NCBI GenBank assembly: GCA_951406725.2
Contig: OX597829.1
Location: forward strand, 43,090,001-43,154,000
DNA: 64,000 nt
From: Octopus vulgaris
Taxonomy: Eukaryota
Direction: 5' to 3'
Every line of letters begins with the position of its first letter. Position 1 is the first letter of the stretch. Positions 53,782 through 64,000 of the stretch are shown here, piece after piece. Made by a program: the position numbers and the translations under genes. The notes under the pieces are model-generated. The model had not been told where the DNA came from, ran no database searches, and worked only from the letters and a program-made list of their open reading frames with translations.

Positions 53782-53822
<41 letters not shown>

Positions 53823-53984
53823 GACGGGCTTCTTTCAGTTTCCGTCTACCAAATCCACTCAGAAGGCTTTAGTCGACCCGAGGCTATAGTAGAAGACACC
53901 TGCCCAAGGTGCCACGCAGTGGGACTGAACCCGGGACCATGTTGTTGGTAAGCAAGCTACTTACCACACAGCCACTCCTACGCC
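53548..53984 (-). mobile_element. SINE family B, full length
   Basis: Reverse complement of the consensus. Confidence 0.9.
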
Positions 53985-54393
53985 TGTTCACATTACTTCC
54001 TCTCTGGTCTCGCTAATATGATAAGTTCTAACGCTTACAGCTTATGACATAACCACAGCATTAAACACGTGTAAAATTCAAGATTGTATACTAATCTTGG
54101 AATGCAAAAATAAAGAAACATATTATATTCTTGAAAATGCTCCAACATTTATATGATGCCTTTAAAAAGGTACTTTGAACATCAGAGATGCCGAGTCTCA
54201 TTTTAATTTTAAATAACCTCATAATTATTTAATAATTTAAAACTTTTATTTCGGAACGAATCAAAATAAAAATTAATTTCAGAGCCATTTATTTCAAATG
54301 CGAGCAGCATGCGTTTATACGTAATAAAATATGCTAATACGCATACATCCAAAATGGCAACGAAATGTGTTTATATACCAAACAAAATATATT

Positions 54394-55151
54394 TCTTTTC
54401 TACTCTAGGCACAAGGACCGAAATTTTGGTGGAGGAGGCTAGTCGATTAGATCGACCCCAGTACGCAACTGGTGCGTAATTTATCGACCCTGAAATTATG
54501 AAAGGTGGAATTTGAACTCAGAACACAAAGACAGTCGAAATACCTATTTTTTTACAACTCACAAGGGGCTAAACAGAGAGAAGACAAACAAAGAGAGACA
54601 AACGGATTAAGTCGATTATATTATCCCAGTGCGTAACTGGTACTTATTTAATCGACCCCGAAAGGATGAAAGGCAAAGTCGACCTCGGCGGAATTTGAAC
54701 TCAGAACGTAACGGCAGACGGAATACCTATTTCTTTATTACCCACAAGGGGCTAAACATAGAGAGAAGAAACAAGGACAGACAAACAGACAGACAGATTA
54801 AGTCGATTACATCGACCCCAGTGCGTAACTGGTACTTAATTTATCGACCCCGAAAGGATGAAAGGCAAAGTCGACCTCGGCGGAATTTGAACTCACAACA
54901 TAACGACAGGTGAAATACCTATTTCTTTACTACCCACAAGGGGCTAAACATAGAGGAGACAACCAAGGACAGACAAATGGATTAAGTCGATTATATCGGC
55001 CCCAGTGCGTAACTGGGACTTAATTTATCGACCCCGAAAGGATGAAAGGCAAAGTCGACCTCGGCGGAATTTGAACTCATAACGTACCGGCAGATGAAAT
55101 ACCGCTAAGCATTTCGCCCGGCTTGCTGACGTTTCTGCCAGCTCACCACAT
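54394..55151 (-). mobile_element. SINE family A, tetrameric, with 18-bp TSD
   Basis: TACCAAACAAAATATATT at 54376-54393 and 55152-55169. Confidence 0.92.
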
Positions 55152-55659
55152 TACCAAACAAAATATATTAATTCATTTTGAATGCAAACGAAATATAAAA
55201 GGCAAAATATATTATCGTACTCCGGACCGTGCTGTACTCTTTAACCACAACTTCCTCTCACTCTTTCTTCCTGTTTCTGTTGTACCTGTATTTCAAAGTG
55301 TCAGCCTTGTTACTCTCTGTGTCACGCTGAATATCCCCGAGAACTATGTTAAGGGTACACGTATCTGTGGAATGCTCAGCCACTTGCACGTTAATTTCAC
55401 GAGCAGGCTGTTCCGTTGATCGGATCAACTGGAACACACGTCGTCGTAACTGATGGAGTGCCGAACTTCATAACTGTAAAATAATATAATGTAAAATAAT
55501 ATAATAACAGGCATGATTATGGTGTAAGAAGCTTGCTTCCGTGTTCAATCCCATTGCATGGCACTTTGGGAAAGTGTTTTCTACTTTAGACTCCGGTTGA
55601 TACCCCAGCATGGCCGCAATCAAATGACTGAAACAAGTAAAACATTTATATATATATAT

Positions 55660-56083
55660 AGGCGTAGGAGTGGCTGGGTGGTAAGTAGCTTGCTTACCAA
55701 CCACATGGTTCCGGGTTCAGTCCCACTGCGTGGCACCTTAGGTAAATGTCTTCTAGCCTCGGGCCGACCAAAGCTTTGTGAGTAGATTTGAAAGAATCTG
55801 AAAGAAGCCCGTCGTATATATGTATATATATATATATATATGTGTGTGTGTATGTTTGTGTTTATATGTCTATGTTTATATGTCTATGTTTCCCCCCTCC
55901 CCCAACATCGCTTGACAACCGATGCTGGTGTGTTTACATCCCAGTAACTTGCAGGTTCATCAAAAAAAGAGGCTGGTAGAATAAGTACTAGGCTTACAAA
56001 GAATAAGTCCTAGGGTCGACTTGCTCGACTAAAGGCGGTGCTCCAGCATGGTCGCAGTCAAAGGACTGAAACAGTAAAAGAGT
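55660..56083 (+). mobile_element. SINE family B, full length (a deleted older copy lies at 55510-55645)
   Basis: Matches 17239-17648. Confidence 0.9.
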
Positions 56084-56497
56084 ATGTATAACATAAAGAA
56101 AATGGAGAGTATGAACACAGAAATCAAATTATTTTTGATAGTCAGTTACATGTTACCTGCGCACCTTTCAATTTCTCACCTTTATTCATAATTTACAATT
56201 AAAATTCCATTATGTATTTAAAAGGTAAAAATCTTTTGAGGGCAAAATTGACACATATTCATTTACATCCTAATGATTTTTACATTATGTTATATCATTA
56301 AAATTCTGGTCTTTTATATCGAATAGATGAATACATGTGTAACGAGAACTGGAACTTCATAACTGTAAAGTATTGATGTCGAAGAAGAACCATCAATAAG
56401 CGCTAATACTAACATAAATTAACAGATTCCAGGGAAATTTATCGATATAGTCTAAACCGTTGTACGTTTGGATGAGAAACATACACCGGTTTAACTT

Positions 56498-56602
<105 letters not shown>

Positions 56603-56603
56603 G

Positions 56604-56639
<36 letters not shown>

Positions 56640-56640
<1 letters not shown>

Positions 56641-56942
56641 GGCACAGAGTTCAGTGGTTAGAGTGTAGGGCTTACAATCGGGAGGTAGTGAGTTCAATTC
56701 CCGGACCGGACTCTGTGTTGTGTTTTTCAGCACTTTATTTCACGTTGCTCCAGTTCACTCAGCTGTAGAAATGAGTTGTGACGTCACAGGTGCCAAGCTG
56801 TATCAGCCTTTGCCTTTCTCTTGGATAAAATCAGTGGCATGGAGATGGGAGTCTGGTATGCATGGGCAATTGCTGGCTTTCCACACAGAACGTTGCCTTG
56901 GAGAGGATTCTTTCTAGGTGTAATCCCATCCCATGGTCATTC
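56640..56942 (+). mobile_element. Third tRNA-derived SINE family
   Basis: tRNA-like head GGCACAGAGTTCAGTGGTTAGAG...GAGTTCAATTCCC, then CACTTTATTTCACGTTGCTCCAGTTCACTCAGCTG; single copy in this window. Confidence 0.65.
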
Positions 56943-56972
56943 ATATATTATATTATATTACATTATATTATA

Positions 56973-57190
56973 CAGGGTGTTCAAGAAATTTCTCTGCAGT
57001 GAATTTTCCATCCTTCGCATCACCACGTCGCTACTTCAAGAGTTTTTCGCTGAACGGATTATTTCGAATGGACTTTGGCCACCAAGATCCCCTGATCTAA
57101 TACCGCCAGACTGTTTTTTTCTGGGGAGCAAGTAAAGGATCAGTGTACCAGAATCACCCGAAAACCATTAAATACTTTTTGAACACCTTC
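56973..57190 (+). mobile_element. Internally deleted Tc1/mariner-superfamily mini-element with both TIRs
   Basis: TA|CAGGGTGTTCAAGAAAT ... ACTTTTTGAACACCTTC|TA; retains LLQEFFAERIISNGLWPPRSPDLIPPDCFF(WG). Confidence 0.8.
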
Positions 57191-57527
57191 TATTATATTA
57201 TAAAGATGTTGGCAAAGGACAGAAACTTCAAAATTTGCTTAACAGCTTATTCAGCCAATGCTGAATGACTAGTTTATTCAAGAAAGCAAAGAGCTCTCTC
57301 AGTTAATAAGAGAATGTATCATTTTTCACATTTCTTGCAAGCATTACGAAAGAATACTTGCGCACCTGTGACTTTAGTGAAACATTATTCCTAATTTACT
57401 GCAACAAAAATCCGGAAATTCTTCGTTGGCTAAAATGCCTTCAAGCAAAATTTCATGGCTAAGTCGATACAAAATTTGCAATGAAGTTGATTCTATTCTC
57501 AGAAATGACTGCCTAATCAGGATTACA

Positions 57528-57617
<90 letters not shown>

Positions 57618-57618
57618 A

Positions 57619-57680
<62 letters not shown>

Positions 57681-57802
57681 GTGTATATATATGTATATAT
57701 AAATATATACAAATAGATACATACATACATACATGACCGCGTGTGTACCGTTGGCGATTTTTTTCCTCCGTTTTCACTTCTTTGGATCTTTCCTTTTCCT
57801 AT

Positions 57803-57837
57803 GTTTCTGACGAGGAGCTCCGCTCGAAACATTAAAC
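57803..57837 (+). ncRNA. Minimal hammerhead-like motif in a Penelope-like terminal repeat (~57735-57940)
   Basis: GUUU-CUGACGA-G-GAGC(UCC)GCUC-GAA-AC(A)U-U-AAAC; the stem III palindrome ACGU appears mutated to ACAU. Confidence 0.6.
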
Positions 57838-58724
57838 CCTCCTTCTTACCTTCTTTCCTCAGCATCCAGTAACACTATATTTGTTCCACGTTCTCGCGTT
57901 GTTGTGTTTTCTCTTTGTGTTTTCATGTTTGAATTAACTATATACATGTGTATATATATATCACCTTCGAAACACGCTGGAGTTGAACTAGGCACAGCTG
58001 ATGAAGGGGATTTTTCCTTCTGTGTTTGTCTTGTACTCTGTTTTTTCGTTGTTTAAAAAAAACGTCCGTTCCATGCTTGTTTTTCTGTCTCTCGTTGAGT
58101 TCTACGTCTATTTGTGGTGTCCTGAACTCACGTATATATATTTATATATGCATGTATATATACATGTAGATGTAGGTACGTACATATATGTATGTATGTA
58201 TGCATATATTTTATTTATTACACTTTTATATATATATATATATATATATATACTTATAGATGCATACACACATACACATATCTATATATATGTTTGTATG
58301 TGTTTATGTGTGTGCGTGTGCCTGTGTATATGTGAATGCATATATATGCACACGCACACCTACACATTTGCACACATACATACATACATACATACATACT
58401 AACTTACCTGAGAATCTCCGAAACATGCTCTGTCTCACCCATTATAACTATACTTATTGATAACAAAAGAGAAACTTATTCCACCCTAGTTTTTTCTTAC
58501 AGCAATATAGCAGCCTGTAGTTATCATGATTTCCTAAATTTCCCTCCAAAGATCGGATACAAAGAGACAGAAATCCCCGTTGTTTGTCGATAATTTGGAG
58601 TTTTCCTTTTATTTTTCCTTTTTTTTTGCCTCCCTATGTACGAAAATATACACATGCGCACCTATATATATGTGTATATATATATATATATGCTTGAGTA
58701 TCTTTGTGTCCATGAATGTGTATA

Positions 58725-59131
58725 TGAAGGCATATATATGTATACATATATACATATATATATATATGTATATGTATACATATATATATATGTATATATA
58801 TAAATATATATATATATACATATATATATATATGTATGTATATATATATACATATATATACATATATATTAATATATATATATATGTATGTATGTATATA
58901 TACATATGTATACATATATATATGTATATATACATATATATATGTATATATACATATATACATATATATACATACATATACATATATATATATACATATA
59001 TATATATACATATATATACATATATATATATACATATATATACATACATATACATATATATATACATATATATATATACATATATATACATATATATACA
59101 TACATATACATATATATATACATATATATAC

Positions 59132-59186
<55 letters not shown>

Positions 59187-59218
59187 CATACATATATATA
59201 TATATATGCATATATACA
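58725..59218. repeat. Long (TA)/(TACA) compound microsatellite
   Basis: Direct reading; one of dozens of (TA)n, (CA)n, (GATA)n, (TATG)n and (GA)n tracts in the window. Confidence 0.95.
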
Positions 59219-59378
59219 AACGCACACATCACTGTTATTTTTTCTGTTTTAACCTCATGGTATTGTCTGTTTCTTTTCGAGTATGTTATATATATATTTT
59301 TTTTCCCCTCTCTCCTGCAGTTTTTTTTTCTCTCTCTTCCTTTATTCGGCGTTCCATTCTTTTATATTCTTCCTTCTT

Positions 59379-59421
<43 letters not shown>

Positions 59422-59667
59422 TTTTTTGTTTTTGGTTCTTCATGTAATATTTATTTTTTTCTGTTGTGTAATATGTGTGTGGTTTGTGTTTATTTGTTTT
59501 CCTACCATTAAACCATTCCGTTTGCATTATAATATTTAAGTGGTTTGTGGTATCTGTTGGTGTTTGTTTCGTTATGCATCCCTGCATATATATACATTCG
59601 TACATACTTACATACATGCATACATACATACATAAACATTCATACACATACGTACCTCTATCTATCC

Positions 59668-59721
<54 letters not shown>

Positions 59722-59939
59722 ATATATATATATATATATAAATATATATTTATATATATATATATATATATATAGTTATTTATATATGCATATGTATCTA
59801 TTACGTATACATAAAGGTTCAGTTGAATACCTTACATAAAACCATGCGTTATAAAAATGTGTGTGTATGTGTGTATATATCTATATATGTACGTGTGTGT
59901 GATGCATATATGTATGAATGTATATTTATGTATATATAA

Positions 59940-60053
<114 letters not shown>

Positions 60054-60188
60054 GTATGTATATATATATATATCTTCATGTATACATACATGCATGCATG
60101 CATACATGTGTATGTATATTTAGTTACATGTTTCAATACATACAATGGAAATCAATGAAAGATGAGTGAATAAATAGTATACACAGAA

Positions 60189-60230
<42 letters not shown>

Positions 60231-60474
60231 TTATGTGTGTGTTCACGTTTGTGTACAAACATATCATTTGATCAAATATTGATGCTTTTTTTTAAACAAT
60301 TCGTCGGTCTTCGCTTAGTCTTTCTCAGCCGCAAGAAGAAAAAAATAGATGCATCTCACAAGATGAGAGACTTGGTGAAAGAAGATAATATGGGAAGAAG
60401 GGAAAAAGAGAGAGAGAGAGACAGAGACAGAGAGCGAGAGGGAGAGAGAGACAGGCAGACAAACAGAGACAGGG

Positions 60475-60520
<46 letters not shown>

Positions 60521-60731
60521 GAAATTGAGGTGTGTGTGAGAAAGAGGGGTGAGAGAGGTGGGTGATGAGGGAGGTCGGGGTGGGAGGGTGGAATTATAAA
60601 GTGTGGTAGAGAGATGGGAAAAAGAAGCAGAAAAGGAAGCACTAATGAGAGATGTGTGGGAGGGTTGCTAAAGAAAGGAAGCGAGAGAGGGTCAGAGAGA
60701 GTGGGAGATAGACAGAGACAGAGAGACAGAG

Positions 60732-60763
<32 letters not shown>

Positions 60764-60840
60764 TAAGAGAGCTACAGTAAATATGTAGAGAAGAAATATA
60801 AACGAAATAACATTAACAATATACATATATATATATACAT

Positions 60841-60929
<89 letters not shown>

Positions 60930-61855
60930 TATATTTATTTACATATATGTATATGAATATACATGCATATGTATATACACACATATATATATATATACAA
61001 CTCTCTCTCTCTCTCTCTGTATATATATATATATATATATACATATATTTATACATGCATATATATATACACATATACATATATATATATATGCATATAT
61101 ATATATATATATATGCATGCATATATATACACACATATATATACATCTCCATCTCCCTCTCTTCCCTCTCTCTCTATCTCTCTCTATATATACACATATA
61201 TATAAATATACATCTGTAAATACTGTATTTATGAAAAACAAAATTAAAACATCGAAAGAAAAAAAACAAACCGCCTCTATTAGCTAGCTGAATACAGTGA
61301 TTTCGCGAGTATCAATTCAGTACAGGATGATGGTGCGTGGGTGTGGTCGTCTGATAGAAGCCAATTAGCAATTATTACACTGTTAGTCTGTGACTCAGCG
61401 AGTCTTTCAGAGTAGCGCACAGGAAAATATATATCTCCTAAGAATCCTTAGAGTTTTCGGGGAATTTTTTTTTTCTTACCCCGTTTATACTTTATTTCAT
61501 TTTATTTTATTTCATTTTATTTTATTTTTTTGGTAAGTTGATTCTTTGAATTGTTATTTCGAATGCGGAGGGAAGAGCAGGTGGATAAAAATTTTTGCAT
61601 TTATTTTATATTTTTTAGTGCTTTTTTTTCTTTTGTTTTTTTTTTTTTGCTTTTATTGTTTTTATATATATTTTGTGTTTTGTACTTTATTTATTTTTTT
61701 TTCCCTATTTACTACATTAATTTATTGTTTCCATGTTTCCTTGTAATGTACATTTTTCTTTCTCCCATTCACTAAGCTGGGTACGGTGGCACTTGATCGA
61801 TAGGCAACTTCTAGTTTGCCGGAAATAGTTCTAGTAAGAATAAATATATTGTATG

Positions 61856-61904
<49 letters not shown>

Positions 61905-61993
61905 GTGTGTGTTTGTGTGTGGGCGGCTTTCTGTCACACATGTATATCTATATATACATACACATATGTATATATATACATGTGTGTAAATAT

Positions 61994-62048
<55 letters not shown>

Positions 62049-62084
62049 GAGAGAGAGAGAGAGAGAGATATGCATACAAATATG

Positions 62085-62197
62085 CACATCCAGACATTAT
62101 ATATAGATATAGACACATCCAGACATTATATATAGATATAGACACATCCAGACATTATATATTATATATAGATATACATTATATATAGATATAGACA
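62085..62197. repeat. 29-bp minisatellite
   Basis: CACATCCAGACATTATATATAGATATAGA repeated ~3 times. Confidence 0.85.
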
Positions 62198-62454
62198 CAC
62201 AGGCACACATGTGTATGTGTGCCTGTGTGTATGCGTTTGCGTTCACAAACATACACACACAAGCACACACACACACACATATCCACTCAAGCACACTCAT
62301 GCATACATATGTACATAGATACACGCTCTGAAATTTGAATTCCTTATATTTCATTGAGGCGTTTGTGAAACTCACGTACTAATGAATACGTTCTATATAT
62401 CAATAAAAATTTTATTTCCTTCATCTTCCTTGTTGCTGTTGTTGCTGTTGTTGC

Positions 62455-62500
<46 letters not shown>

Positions 62501-62528
62501 CTTCTTCTTCTTCTTCTTCTTCTTCTTC

Positions 62529-62596
<68 letters not shown>

Positions 62597-62849
62597 ATTA
62601 TTATTATTATTATTATTGAGTGAGAGAGCAGTGCATGCCATCAAAGTGACACTGGGGTAAAATATACGAAGCCCAATATACCCATCATGACTACCAGTCT
62701 GATAAAGGTACACCAGGCACATGCATCACAACCATATGTGCACGACATGGTGATCTCATATCAAGATAAACAGCACATGACCTTGCAGGTGGAGCCCAGT
62801 TAGAATTTTCTTCAGGTTGAGTAGCCCATCCCGCTCAAAAGGTCCCTGA

Positions 62850-62890
<41 letters not shown>

Positions 62891-62914
62891 CATTATTATT
62901 ATTATTATTATTCG

Positions 62915-63128
62915 GGCAGCAAGCTGGCAGAATTCTTAGTACGCTGGACAAAATGCTTAGCAGTATTTCGCCCGTCGCTATGTTCTGAGTCCAAATTCTG
63001 CTGAGGTCGACTTTGCCTTTCATCCTTTCGGGTTCGATAACATAAGTACCAGTTGAATGCTGGGGTCATTGTAATCGACTGTCCGCCTCCCACGAAATTT
63101 CAGGCCTTGATCCTATAGTAGATAAGAT
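62915..63128 (+). mobile_element. SINE family A monomer with the alternative tail
   Basis: Head and core, then GAAATTTCAGGCCTTG..CCTATAGTAGA. Confidence 0.85.
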
Positions 63129-63177
63129 AATTATTATTATATTATTTATTATGTATTTGTTATACAACACAAACATT

Positions 63178-64000
63178 TATATTGATAGGGCTTTTCTAAG
63201 GTTGTTTGCAATACTTGTCAGTACAAACTTTTGGAGTTCTCTGAGACATGATTCTCCTGGGATGTTGTCTAGAAGTTTCTGACATTCCTTTATTATTATT
63301 ATTATTATTATTTACTTTTAATCTGCAGGTTTGTTACAAGCACTTGCCGTGACACACCCAACGTCCTAAGGTGAGTGACGGATAAGAGATGTTAGAATAT
63401 GACTGAATGTTTGGGGAGACATGGTTCTCCTGGGATCTTATCTAGATGTTTCTGACATCCTTTTTTTTTTATCATACTTACGGTGTCTACAGTAACAGAA
63501 ACAGTTCTTGCTTTAAGATGCCTTTTGTATTTCAATTTTCAGGTCCTTATATTTACTTAATTTGTCAAATTCTTTGACAGATATATTTTTATCATTGGAA
63601 ACGCTTACATCTATTTCTCTACAAATATTTTCATCCCTGTCTTTTATAATTATGTGTGGTCGATTAGCCCAGATTATTCTGTCAGTGTTGACTGGAATAT
63701 ACCAGACGATAGTGACATTTTTACCTTCAACGACAGGCTCAGGAGGATGTTCATAACAATAAGCAGGAGTGCCGGTGTTTACATATTTTCCAATGTAAAT
63801 AATATTCAACCCAGTCGTGGGAATATTTGTATTCGTTTGGTGTCAGTACAGGACATCCCGAGACGAGATGGTCTATTGTTTCATCAAATGTGTCGCAGAA
63901 CCTGCATTTAAGGTCAGAACCGTTTTGAACAACGTTACCCTGGTAGTTTTTAGTAAGCAAGCTTTGAATTTGTGCCACCAATATGAAGCCTTCAGGTTCT
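63178..64000 (-). mobile_element. Decayed R4/Dong-type (RLE) non-LTR retrotransposon 3' region, two adjacent fragments
   Basis: CRFCDTFDETIDHLVSGC (CCHC), HDWV..YLHWKICK, TDRIIWANRP(H)IIIKD..IDVSV..KLSKYKDLKIEI (RLE); a second C-terminus at 63178-63294 reads CQKLLDNIPGESCLRELQKFVLTSIANNLRKALSI*. The fragments are separated by (TAA)n. Confidence 0.88.

Noticed and set aside
54394-55151. Regularly spaced repeats resembling a CRISPR array
   Set aside because: Tandem ~180-nt SINE units without unique spacers, in a eukaryotic context with no cas genes.
57961-58020. CCTTCGAAAC...CAGCTGATGAAGGGGA as a type II hammerhead
   Set aside because: Core words are present but stems I and III and a cleavage triplet could not be paired convincingly.

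Overview
This is AT-rich, microsatellite-dense eukaryotic DNA. The SINE families and repeat landscape look like an octopus (cephalopod) genome; this is recognised from memory, not from a search. I can support no host protein-coding gene, and almost all ORF-track entries are translations of simple repeats. The window holds (i) the 5' half of a young CR1-group LINE on the minus strand: ORF1 has a Myb/SANT-like N-terminus and a CCCH finger, and ORF2 (APE + RT) runs off the left edge with one frameshift; (ii) decayed Tx1/L1-clade, R4/Dong-type and RTE-type LINE fragments; (iii) Tc1, mariner and hAT fragments or MITEs and four non-autonomous Helitrons; (iv) about 30 copies of two abundant tRNA-derived SINE families plus rarer ones. 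The most interesting signal is a set of at least six short, non-coding, (TA)n-associated elements carrying type I hammerhead ribozyme folds with palindromic stem III, the Penelope-like/retrozyme architecture. Three of them sit in long inverted repeats. They include two canonical CUGAUGA cores, one G3:C8 compensatory-swap core (GUGAACA) and two U4C cores. Two further leads are a SINE 3' tail that matches the 3' end of the Tx1-clade LINE, and a hairpin-embedded -1 slippery site at the CR1 ORF1/ORF2 junction.
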